A stretch of 64,000 nt of DNA from contig OZ316899.1 of the NCBI GenBank assembly GCA_973895155.1, forward strand, positions 6,947,241-7,011,240, given 5' to 3'. A program made the position numbers and the translations under genes. Source of the stretch: Marsupella aquatica (Eukaryota; Plantae; Marchantiophyta). Positions 50,063-62,330 of this stretch are shown piece by piece. Under the pieces are notes generated by a model, which saw only the letters and a list, made by a program, of their open reading frames with translations, was not told the DNA's origin and did no database searches. The first letter of the stretch is position 1; the number at the start of each line of letters is the position of its first letter.

Positions 50063-50941
50063 TTATGTTGGAAATTTCATGATCAACATTTGGACAAAAG
50101 AATGTCCAGAATTAGTGAAATTAGTGATGCAAGCATTTTTCTCATTTGTATGCTTGAACTTCCGACATCCCAAATTCTGGCATTCAAGTATTCCAGCACA
50201 TTGGACTTTCGAGACAGACCAATGGAACCTTGGCTTCAGGTTTGTAGACGTAGTGACAAGTTGAGTCCACGGATAGCCGCCGTTCTCTCGATCCATATCT
50301 TGAAGACCTCCTCCGCGTCCGGACCCTTTGATGGGAGGAAGTTCAAAAACAACGTTACCATTGTATGTCAATGGTAGACTAGGAACCTGGCATTCCTTCC
50401 ACTGATTCCCTCTTCAAAATTGTGCAAGTTCACTCGTGCCACTTATATTGAGGAAAGTGTCATAAGCACTCATCCGATACATTGTTGGCATGGTAAGCAC
50501 ATCCATTTTCTTGACCAATCCTCCGGGTTCCGAACCACCTCCTGACTTGGTTGACCCACAAGATGTGTCCTGCCTTAGACTATCGGGAGATATTTCAATG
50601 ATATCCGGGGCCATTTCTTTTGTAGGCGTTTCTATATCGATCCCATGAGTAGTCTCTTCTTCAGGAGGAGAATCCACATGGTCCAAAATGATTTCAGGAA
50701 TGTCATCTCTACTCGACACAACCTCTACATGAGATCCAACCTTCAATGTCCAAACCCTGTTGGAAGTACTACTCTCTTCTCTCAACTCGTGACTACGTGT
50801 TCCATTTTGACAATACAACTCAAACAACTTGCAGATGATATCACCATCTAGAAGTCCAAACCGAGTTGTAAGGAATGACTTTGTCACTGTCACCTCCAAT
50901 GAACCTGGTGTGCTAGGAAGCACAACTACATCTCTCGTCAT
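50063..50941 (-). pseudogene. 5' fragment of MULE transposase (N-terminus and start of GCM-like domain)
   Basis: VTKSFLTTRFGL and YNGNVVFELPP..LQDMDRENGGYPWTQLVTTSTNLKPRFHWSVSKVQCAGILECQN align with 9468-10300. Confidence 0.85.
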
Positions 50942-53900
50942 TCTACGCTCCTTTGCAAGCCATCTCAATCGTCCCAAACAAAAATTTAGATGACAACAAA
51001 AGAAGATAACTATGCTTAGGATCGTCGACATGACCCTTATGATGAAGCTTTAATCTCATTTCATCCCAACAGAAACAACCCATCGACCAAATTGTCAGAG
51101 AGTTTCCGTTGATGTGACCGTTGTTTTGTCTTTTACTACTTGTATTGTCAGAGTCCTCATGCTCATGCTAGCAAGATTGCTAGCATATAACAACACGCTT
51201 TATGGATATATTTATAAAGATTTTCCTAGATTTTATGTAGATATAGACTACGGATTTCAGGCCAACGATCTTGCTAGCCAAAAAGTAATTTCAACGGTCT
51301 CCAATTTTACCGTTGGGATTCTGTTGATAATAGTCAACGGATACCAAAATGTCAATGGTACAAACTACGACCAACACCTGTCCTGTTTTGTATGGATTAC
51401 ATACTTCCGACCGTGAGAGTTGTTCTTTGCATTTTCCCAAAAGTACAACTAGTGATCTATGCCAGGAGATTTCTGTTATTTCTTTCTCGGACTCGACATC
51501 GTCTTCTGTATTCATGACTGTACCTCTTTACGACTTCAACTGGTCTTTGTAACAGTCTGTACGGCTGTCCGGTACTGATTGTTGTTGACGTTTGTCACTC
51601 ATTCCGGGGTTGCATCCTCTGGACAGGAACACTCTTCAGAAAAGTACACTCTTCGGCGAAGGGTTTTATTTCATGGAGTTGTTGTTGTCTCTAGAGAGTA
51701 TTTCTTCCAGAGGATCGTTCCAGTCCAGGGAGTCAACTAGAAGAGAAACAAGGTCTACAGCAAACAAGAAGGTGCTAGCATCGGGATTGAAGACTCCAAG
51801 ACGACCCAAGATGGTGACAGCAGTAGATGTTGTGGCACTGGTGTTCGATCCGAGCGCTTCGGAACCTTATACTGTTGTCATAAACCGTCATCTTTACTAT
51901 TTTGGAGTGAATGAGTTTGGTTTTTCTCTGGCTCCCCCTCAAATTCCTCTCTACAGGATGAGGAACATGCAAATTGTTTGATCTCTCCAAAAGGATTCAA
52001 CTGCAATAGACACACTGAAGTCCAAGTTCAGGACCCAGGGTTACATTGAAGATGCGCCTCGATTTTACGTACAGATGACCAACGAGGATGGAGAGCTCCA
52101 ATTGTGTACTGATGCAATCCGCGAAACTTGGGATGACATTTGGGTGCTGCAAAACGAGGAGTTTGAACGCAAATGTGATTCCCATGTATCTTTCCACGTC
52201 CTCAAAGACAAGGTGTTCTTTGTTTTTGATGGAAACCATTGACTGTATTCTTGGACTCAACTTGCGGAAGAGCATCCAAAAGATATTAAGTACCATCCAC
52301 AAGTTGTTTGCAAGATTTTTAAGGGTGATAAAAACTCATTTGTTCAGATTGAGTCGGCAATGCACGCATTGAACAGGTGAAATTTCTAAGTATAACATTT
52401 TCCTGAAATTTGTGTTTCAATTAATCACTTTCTGCTAGCGATCTTGCTAACATGAAAATTCTCTGGCAGGTTGACACAATGTCACGTTGAAAACTCCTGG
52501 GTTTTGGAGGCTGAACGGGTCCAGAAGATTCTGAACAACGACTTGTCAGTTTACAAGGATATCATCAATGCTGAGAATTACAAACTTTTCCAGCAAAAGA
52601 TGGCAAACGTGCGGAAGGCAGCTTGGTATTCCAAGAACATGACGTTGGATGCTTGCACTTATATTCTATCCGCTGCTAACATTGCATCTCAGACAGAAGA
52701 CCTCAAGAAAAAGTTTGCTTTGAAGGAAGCTAAAGAGGAGCCCCTGTCAAAGGCCTCACAGGACTTAGCAATGCGGGAGATGATGAAGGAGCAATTGGCT
52801 GATTGGAATGTGAAAGTTCCTAAGATCGGTCCATTACTCAATCCAAAATTTGGAGACTTTTTCAAGAAATGTGTAGAAATGCATAACTACTACGAGAATG
52901 AGAGAAAGGAGGCCCAGAGAACTGATGACAAAGGACGAGGAAATGTTTCTTGTGGTCTTGATCGAGCTCGGTTGTTCACAGGGGTGACGTCCTTATCCTC
53001 AGAACTCCAATGTACACTCCTAGAAGCGCAGTGTCGTCTAGAGCTTTGAAAGAAGTTCTTTCATCCTGGTCAATTTTCAGATAGTGAAACAAAGCTTTGG
53101 CTTCACCGTTGGGCAGTGTGGGAGCAAGTCGAGTCAATTGCGTCTTCCCTCATGTCTGAAATTGTGTCTGAGGTTATGCCTACTGTCCCAGAGTCCCGAA
53201 TCCTTAGTTCTTCAGAAAAGACCAAAGCTTTGCTCATCCTTGACATTGAGGAGGATTTTGAGGATTTCCAGACTCGTGTGAAGACTCGTTTCTTCAAGCA
53301 GATTTGGCCTCCCAAGACAGGAGAGAAGATCGAGATTGCATTGTTCCGAAGGAGAGCAAAGAGATACACGTATCAATTTTTTGCAGACAAAAGTAGCAGA
53401 CAAATTCTACTGGTGGTCCTACCCAGCTTGCTTCTCCCCATGGATTGTAGGAGTTAAAGAGGATCCTACAGGTGACAAATTTGGGGATTATTCTATGTTT
53501 CCTTGCAAGGGATGTGAGGCTTCGAGGAGAATGAGCGAGTGGGAGATTCTTCACTGTCCATGGTATTTGGACTCGGACAAGTGGTCTGTCACCTTCAACA
53601 CTGCAGAGAAAGCCCCTCTTCATATGATCAATCATGGATTCCTTCCAGAGTCTTACATCTCGGAGTCCAAATTGGCACCCACTGACGCTGAAGTTGGTGG
53701 TTGCGAGGCTATGGAAAAGGCTTGTCTTGGTGTAGCTACAATAGTGGATAGGAGTCGGTCTTGAAAGCCAAGGAAAGGTGCAGTGAAAGACACATCCAAA
53801 GATGGGTCCCAAATATCGGGAAAGCCAAGTAAGTGTGTCAATGTTTCATTTCATTTTCTTTTCACAATCTTATGGGTTTCTGAAGAGACAGATTCTAATA

Positions 53901-54124
53901 GCTATTTTTTGACAGAGAGGAGGAAGGGTACTGCTTCTGAGAGTTTGAAGAGCAAGGCAGATGACGGAGAGGAACCTCAGTCCCCAGATGTCGAAGTAAC
54001 AACAAAGAGCGCAGTGGACTTGGGAAGTATAAAGCGTCTGAAACAAAAGAGGAATGTCCAGATTCTGTCGGATTCGGACGATGACAAAGTTTCAGTTGCT
54101 CAAGGCGTTGCTCGGATGTGTGTT

Positions 54125-56126
54125 GTAGTATTGTACTAAGGACATAAATCAGCATTTAATGTCCAAAACTCGGTATTCGATCCCATGGAAGAACAAGAAA
54201 GGAATGATTTTCTATCGTTTAACACTTATGAATGACTAAGGTCACAAAAAACACAGGTTTGAGCCTTTTACTATGGTTGCTCAGCAAGGCATAGATTTGA
54301 ATGTTTGCTTAACATTGTAAATGCAATTAATAAAATGGAAACAAATAACAAAACACAATGAAATCTTGAGGTATGATGAGGGAGTCTGGAAAACACCAAG
54401 GTAACTTCTCATCAATACTTCATTTGATGTGATTTGGGTGGTATATCCGTAAGAACATTTTTGGAATGGATTACTGTACTAGGATGATTACTAAAATGCC
54501 GTCAACACGTCTCAACTTTTCCTTCCAAAGGTACTCAGAAGAAACTAGTAATCAATCACTTCGATATCCAGTCGGTACTCTGAGTCACGAATAATAAACA
54601 CCATCATGATCAAATTGAAGTCACAGGTAATTGGTGAGTAACAATCTTTGCATCCGTGCACAAGCAATGTCACGCCAAAAATTATGCATCAAGAACTCAA
54701 GAAGATGGGTTGTCACCACTTAAGGAATCTATTCCCTTATACTTCTGAGATTCAACTTCATACAAGTAATTTTACTTCAATGATCTAAACTCTCAATCAT
54801 TCAGACCAAGGAAGGGAGAAGAATTCCTTTTGCATTTGCAAGCAAAGGTGATTCCAGTACTGCAGCACATGCCACAGGCACTACTTTATTTCTTCACACT
54901 TGAAAATGACACAAATTCTACTTCATATAGGCTAGCAGGAACCCAAGGAGACTGAGATACTGAAAGGATATGCCCTTTCATATCTAAAGGGTCTTGAATA
55001 AACTTAATGACGGTCATCCTTGAAAAGTGAATGGACACTGTTGAAAGTGTCAAAAATGCAGGGGACGCTTCTCAAAGCGTCGAGGTTTGAGCGGACGCTT
55101 TGCAAAGCGTCGGTGTTTGCGGTAAAACTAATAAACTGTGATCTTAATCTAATTTTAACTTCTAAACTAAAAATTGGAATGAATTGAAACTTTTCTAGGG
55201 TACTCTACTACATATAATCTCTATGCTGACAAAGTTTCAGACTTTTCTGAGATCTCTAAGTGTCTCAAATAAATCGGTAAAAGTGGCGCGGTGTTATAAA
55301 AGTGCGAAAACCAGAAATATTTCTAAGTGTCGGGAACATAGTGGACGCTTCAGAACGCGTCCAAAACTACAAAGGAATTTTGTGGACGCTTCAGAAAGCG
55401 TCGGCTGAATTTCAAGGTTTTGGTCGCAGCGTCCGTCTTCTGGGCTCCGGGCGGGACGCTTCAATGGGCGTCACAGTGTCGAGGTCACCTTCGGGGTAGC
55501 AGACGCTTCTGTGGGCGTCGCTCCTCATGTGGATTGCAGAGCGTCGGAGTACAACTGGTTGGGTGGTGGACGCTTCAGAAAGCGTCGTGGTCTTTGGGTG
55601 GACGCTTTTCAAAGCGTCCAAAAATACAAGGGACGCTTCACAAAGCGTCGGCGAAGTCGCGGCTATGCGAAAAACAACAAAACTAAATTAATTCTAACTT
55701 TCAAACCACATGTCGGTTTGAGATGAAACTTGCAGGGATGATTCTACTACTACCTCCTGAAAAAGTATGAGACTTTTCTGACCATGATAGCTATTTAACT
55801 AAAATAGCAGAGCCGGCTGATTGTGATAATTGTATACAGAGCTCATTCTTGTTGAAAAAGTGTTTTGGAGGCCGATTCTTGAATCTTCTAGTCTGCATTG
55901 CTTCTCCAATGATGTCCAGTCTTCTTTCTTGGTAGCATGTAAAGAGCAAGGATTTATATTGGCGATCCTTGTCCAATATAGGCAATAGCCTCCGATGAAG
56001 CATAACATTAGGTAAAGTGTTCGGTTGATCTAAATTGCTACAAAAGGTAACTAGATTGTACCTTGAGTTAGAAAAAGTTTAAAATTTATAAAATTTCCAT
56101 CATTTCTAACTAATGTACAGCATTAC
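54125..56126. mobile_element. Non-autonomous MULE-like insertion (2002 bp)
   Basis: 9-bp TSD ATGTGTGTT (54116-54124, 56127-56135); short imperfect TIRs GTAGTATTGTAC / GTACAGCATTAC; no convincing ORF. Confidence 0.8.
55034..55649. repeat. Array of about 10 imperfect palindromes GACGCTT-N4-AAGCGTC
   Basis: e.g. 55064-55081 GACGCTTCTCAAAGCGTC; also near 55094, 55344, 55385, 55569, 55601 and 55632-55649. Confidence 0.9.
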
Positions 56127-58130
56127 ATGTGTGTTGAAGATGGATGGCTAGAGATATTTCCTTGCTTGCAGTAATTTGACCGACACTGCAAATTCTATCA
56201 GCGTAAAGAAAGTAAGGCCATCTTGGATGGGAGATAGAGATCAATGGATTGTTGGGATGTCCAAGAGCGTCGGATGCCCAAACCCTGTCATCATTAACGG
56301 CAAGCCATATGCTGGGATTGGAGCACATTTGGGATTCATTTCTCTTCCAACAGGGCATAGAACATGCGTTACAGACAAAGAGGTCCCATCCTGGAATGTG
56401 TGGAGCGAGAAGCTGCCTTATTACTTTTTTGGAGTCATGAGACCCATGCTTTTGGATGAAGGATATGTGGCTGTGCTTCATAGCTCGGATTTCAATCACA
56501 TGCGGCAAATATATACTGCGGTTGAGCAAAAAAACAAATTCAAACACATACAACAAAATACATTTTTATTATCCACTCCTTTATGGAGAGCCGATATGGA
56601 TATTGAGGTACATATTACTAAGCTATTTTTGATGCGGTTTATGCTAGCGATGTCGCTAACAAACATCTTATCATTTTCAATTCGAAAAAGGTTCATTTCC
56701 ATCTTCAAATTAATGCTAGCAATCTAGCTAACAAAGTTTCTGGGCTTTTCTAATAGAATGTCATTCTTCCTTCAGCTGTGCACTCTCATTCTAGATGTCT
56801 TCTATCGCGTGGAATTTAATGCAAAAATTCCCAAAGACCCTGCCTATGTTCCTTTGACCTCTTCGGAAGATGCCAGGAATAAATCAATGTTGAGCGTCTG
56901 TTACCCAAAGATTGACCCCTGTCCAACAGCGGCCGTTGCTGGATCAAAAAGGCTATCAATTGGCTTCATGCAAGCCGTGATGGAGTTCCTCACGAAGCTG
57001 AGAGATATCATCCTTGACTGGACTGTGTGCGATGGAAGATCATTTTCCGCAGGGGAATACTCCGGTTGGTTCGTTGTTGGTGTTGAGGACAGGGACATTC
57101 TCCATTCCTATGCTCAGAAAGGTTTAACAAGCGTTCTGGAGAGGCACTCTAGCAAGTCCAAGATGATTAAAGATCAGGAAAAGAAGGGTAATCAGGATGC
57201 TGGGTCTGATGATGAGTTCACGATACTAGGAAATGAACAGGCTGGACCTTCAAGCGAGAAAGACAAATTCGACCTGGAGTAAAGTACTTGGCCTCTTCTG
57301 GTGTCGGACTCCCAATTTGGTTTCTTTTGTTTTATTCATTTTGTTGCTCTTCCTCAACTGATGCCGGTGGTTGCTTCAGTGATAGGAGGGTGGATTGGTT
57401 TTCTAAGGAGAGATTTTGTCTTCAAAAGGAAGTGGAGGAATCCATCATGGTTACTCCAGAGAAGCCTTTCACTCTTCCGTGCTATGCTGAGAAGTCGGCG
57501 AAGGAGGTTGATGATGCTCCTGTGGTCTTGACCTGGGAGGCAAAAGGGCTTCGCTTAATCAGAGGAGCTCGTAGATATCTGGATTGTTCAAGGTTTATTG
57601 ACAATGAAGCGGGGACAGTTAGCCAATATTTAGATGAGTCTGTCGGAGTCTACTGAGAGGGAGACCAGTAGCGATCCCAGTAGAAGTTCAATATCTGATG
57701 ATTTAGAAGATGAGGTTATGACTAATGCAATAGCTTCAGTGTTAAACTGGCTGTACTGCTTACCATCGACTCTTATAGTTTTTCTGTGTGCCGGTTTTTG
57801 GATATCCATACTTTCAATGTATAAAGAATGACCATGTTCTCATGAAAGAGCCTGCTATTCAGTTATTGTTTTCCAATATCGTTGTGCGCAGAGTCAAGTA
57901 TGGAATGCATATGACAATCATGCATGAATTTCCGTAGTTATAACACTTTCATTACTTTGAGAGAGGGTAAACAGTGAAATTTGGTCATTTTTCCATTAAT
58001 GTGTTGTGAGTTCGACCATAAAATGTGCCTCGCTAACAATGTTGCCTCGCTAGCAAAAACTCCTGTTTGCTTGCACCGTAAAATTCCTCGTAGGGTTTAA
58101 CCCTAGGTAGGGTAGGTTTAGGTATGGGTT

Positions 58131-61100
58131 ATAACAGTTTCAGCTTTTTGTTGTATTGTTGCTTCATGGTATTCTGTCTATGTTCTACTCTTTCTACTGA
58201 AATCATTCTTTCCTCTTCTAAGGCCTCTAATTTATATTCTCGCTCTATTAAGCTTTCTTCCTCAGTCTGACGATCTCTCCTTAATTGTAACCTGAAATGT
58301 AGGAATCTCAAGTTGTATGGGTACTAACTCTTCCTGTCCAAAGGTTAAAAAGAAGGGTGTATGGCCGGTGGTGGACTTGTAGGCTAAATTGTAAGCAAAG
58401 ACAGCAGCAAACAATTTGTCATCCCAATCAATTTTGTTTTGGGCCACTATTTTGTTTAAGATTTTACCAATGATGCCATTCGCTCGTTAGGTTAGCCCAT
58501 TTGCCTTTGGGTGGTAAGGGGTGGTAGGCCGATGACGTACTAGGTATTGCTCATTTAAACGGCTGACTATATCATTCAAGAAATGAGTTCCCCTATCACT
58601 TACTAATTCTAGGGATGCTCCATACCTTGTAAAGATTTGCTCATACATAAACCAAGTCGTGGTGACTGCATCGTCCTTCGTCGTTGGCCTGGCTTCCATC
58701 CACTTAGTTGCATAATCCGTAGCCAAGATGATGTATTTGTTTCTTTGAGGATGAGTTAAGGGTTTCAGGGGCCCAATGTAATCAATACCCCACTTCTTGA
58801 ATGGTGCCAGAGGTAGAATGGGGTGTAGTGGATGTCTAGTGGCCGCCCTTGGCCCTCCTGCTCTCTAGCAAGGATCACATTGCTTGATGAACAAGTGTAC
58901 ATCCTTGTGTAAGGTTGGCCACCAATAGCCGGCATCTAAAATATTTTTAGACGTGGTTACTGGTGCAAAATGTCCCCTGGCTTCTTCTCCATGCATAGCC
59001 TGTAAGACCCGCTTCACTTCGCCCTGTTCCAAACACCTTTGAATTTTTCCATTGACTCCATGCCTGTGTAAGATGCCTTTAATGCACTGATACTGCCTGA
59101 CCTTTCGTAAAAAAACTGCGGCTTGTTCCCTGCTTACCCCTGCTTCTAACCTTGGGTACTGAGAAATCATAATATGTCAGGGTACCAGGTATCCGTTACT
59201 TCCACTATGAATAGCTCTTTGTCTGGATTTTGATCGTTGATGCAGTCCATAGTTGGTTCACCTGCAATTCTTGAAAAGGAAGTCGGCATTGGCATGCAGT
59301 TTCCCCGACTTGATTTTAACTCATAGTCAAATTCCTGTAATAGCAATATCCATCTTGCCACTCTGCCCGTAAGATCTGGTTTATTCACTAGGTACTTTAA
59401 ACTTTCATGATCGGTATGAAAGATTACCTTATAACCTAGTAGATAATGCCAGAACTTTTTGCAAGAGTAAATGACTCCTAAAGCTTCCCTTTCTGTGGTT
59501 GAGTAGTTTCTCTCGGCATCGGCAAGCTGGCGGCTTGCATAGTATATGGGATGGTCTCTTCCTTTCTCATCTAACTGACTTAGTATTGAACCGATACAAA
59601 AGCCTGAAACATCTACAAAGACATGAAATTCCTTGTTCCAATCTGGTGCTATCATGACTGGGGCCTCAACTAGCATCTGTTTCAATTCAATTACTGTTGT
59701 CACTCTCTGTGGTATGGGTTTGAAGTCTGCTCTTGCTTTGAGCATATTTGTCAAAGGTAATGCTAGTTTGGCAAAATCTTTGATGAATCTACGATAATAG
59801 CCAATGCATCCCAAGAAGGATCGAACATCCTTTATGTTCTTAGGTTGCATGATATCCAACCATACTACTAGTTTGCCCTTGTCAATCTCAATACCTTTTT
59901 TGATACCTTGTGACCGAGTAGCACCCCCTCCATTACCCAAAAGAAACATTTATCAGGGTGTAATTTGAGGCCCACCTCCCTACATCTCATGAAAGTCGTC
60001 CTGAGGTATTTAGCATGTTTTGTCACATGCTAAATACTGCAAATTGTCAATGAAAATCTCCATGAACTTTCTCAGGTAGTCATGAAAAATGTTCCCCATC
60101 AACCTCTGGAACATCGCCGGTGCATTACAGAGACCAAATGGCATCCGATTGAAGACGTAAATTCCCCATTTTGTGATGAAGGTGGTCTTGATCTGGTCCT
60201 CTTGCCTAATTTTGATTTGATTATAACCAGAGTACCCATCCATGAATGAATATAACTCATGACTGGCTACCATGTCTAGAACCATGTTAGTGATCCTTCA
60301 ACGTGGCTTCATTCAACTTCCTATAATCCTGACAAACCCATATCTTGGGCTTTCCATCTGGTCCGGATTTCTTGGGAACAATTACGATTGGGGATACCCA
60401 ATCTGAATGTAGGACTGGTGTGATGAATCCTGCTTCCACTAGTTTGTCAATTTTTGCTTTGACCATCAGAGAATACTTAGGGTTCATCCTTCGAATTGGT
60501 TGTCTAAAAGACTTGGCTCCTAGCATTAGATCGATGCAATGCTCCCCTAATTTTGGGTCTACTCCCTTTAGATCCTAGTGGCTCCATGCAAACACATCCC
60601 AAAATTCAATTAGTAACTCACTGATCTCCTTCTCAAGCTTTGGTGCCAAATTTCTGCCCAAGTTTAGTTCCCTTCCCTCTCCTATCTCGAGCTTCCTATA
60701 TTGCCATGCTTGGATCATGTTAATCTGTTTTTTCAAATTTGGGTCAAACTCGGCTTCCAACCTCTTGAGTCTCATCTCACCATAAACTGGTATCTCGGCT
60801 GTGCTAGTCGAGTCCATTGACTTAAGTTCTTTGTTATCTGAGAACGTTACCTCTTCCATCATGGTCGGCCTCAGATTCTGCGGCTGGGATGTCGTTTCTT
60901 CCTTCGGATCCTGCTCTGGCTTAGCTTCCTCCCATCCTGCTCCCTCCTATTTTGGCCGCTGTGCTCGCCCGGCTTCTATTAGTGCTTCTATTTGTTTTGC
61001 CTTGGTGATCGGCCTGTAAGCCAAAATCTTGGGAGTTAATTGGTTGCTGATGATAACCGGTGTTGTGGATCTTGCCAGCCCTACCACAACGCCCATTGAA

Positions 61101-62330
61101 AATCCAATACTTGAGGTGCCGCTGTCCCTTCATTCGATGTATCTAACCTATTGTCTCCCAGTGATCCTCTGGAATTGAAGCTAAAAAAGTGGACTCAATG
61201 GCAAAGCAGTCCTCGGTGTTTTTGTCACTTTCTTCCTCCATACTACTCTCTATTGGTTCCTGCCAGAGTCCACTGGGGGGTACATCTGGTCCAAAGACAC
61301 TTTCCTTGGTTAGGTCTGAGAGGCATTCTAACCATTGTACGTCATCGGCGGATTCTAACCCACTGTTGTATCCGTCTACATCTCGGATACTTTTCCCCCT
61401 GTCATCCTTGGTGTCCCAGGATACCGTGATAGAGGGGGTCCCAAAAATAAATTCTTTCTTCCCCCAATCTTCTATCACCTTGGCTATGTAGAGCCACGGC
61501 CTGCCAATCAGTAGCCGGAATGATGTAGGGTTCACCGGCCTCATTACCACATAGTTGATACTGAACAAGACTCCTCCAATTTCAGTTTTGATGTCGGTGA
61601 GGACTCCCATGGGAATGACCTTATAGCCATGCGCGATGGCTATAATGATCCATGATAACCCGGGATCCCATCGCGCATAATGGACTCCCATGGGAATGAC
61701 CTTATGGCCACGTTTAACACTCTTCCAGCACTCTATGGTGTTAACCCCCATCCAATTGCGGTTGAATCAATCAGAATACATACCCCTGATCCTCCATCGA
61801 TGGGTACACGTAGCAATAATTCTCCCTGAATCATTAATGGTAGTGCTGAGGCTCCTTGATCTTCTTCTATCATCAACATGTTGGATCAGGTTGCTACCTT
61901 GGGTAATCTTGGTTTGCTGAGGATTGCCTTCCTTGATTGTTTTTGGAAGTACGGGCTATTCCTTAAAAGTTGACCTACCGTTGCCGAGACTCTAGATTCT
62001 AGTACATCTTTAGCCAAGTCACAGGGAACTATGGGCTTCTCTTCTGGCAATTTCTCTCTCTTGGCTTTGGCTTGTTGTTGAATGCTAGGTTCCACGGTCA
62101 TAGGTTTCTCCGAAGCAAACAGCGCTTTGGCCCTCTTGACATCCTTGGCTATAGCTTCGGTATTCTCTAGCATCTCTAATTCTTGAAGTTGTTCCTTAAC
62201 ACTAGCGGTAATGGACGGGTAGAATAGCTTGGGGTGATCTCTGTTGAAATCACTATCTTGTGAAGGGTTGGGATCACTAGTGGGCTCAGGGCTTACCTGA
62301 GTTGTCAGTGCCTGTGGAATGGCTCGATAT
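58131..62330 (-). mobile_element. Degenerate Ty3/gypsy pol (protease, RT, RNase H, integrase)
   Basis: IDGGSGV; WVSPIVIVPKK, QDYRKLN, MDGYSGYNQI, MPFGLCNAPA; RNYSTTEREALGV, TDHESLKYL; GYWWPTL..C..C; ATDYATKW, VSDRGTHF, YHPKANG; gypsy domain order. Confidence 0.92.

Larger units (their letters stand above)
51673..57282 (+). pseudogene. MULE cargo gene: ParB-like domain, helical region, beta-class amino-(N4C/N6A)-methyltransferase-like domain
   Basis: VFDGNH* at 52228-52242 (CGA>TGA); AHLGFISLPTG...PSWN...RPMLLDEGYVAVLH; KRLSIGFMQAVMEFLTK.RDIILDWTVCDGRSFSAGEYSGWFVVGVEDR; introns 52377-52469 and 56608-56775 keep frame; split by 54125-56126. Confidence 0.7.
50040..58130. mobile_element. MULE copy 2 (inverted, diverged; transposase end deleted; boundaries approximate)
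   Basis: Divergent transposase and cargo genes homologous to copy 1; palindromes at 51167, 51261, 52434, 56643, 56715 and half-sites at 58028-58054. Confidence 0.75.

Noticed and set aside
55034-55649. CRISPR-like array of palindromic repeats
   Set aside because: Repeats are degenerate, spacing is irregular, there are no cas genes, and the array lies inside a TSD-flanked eukaryotic transposon.
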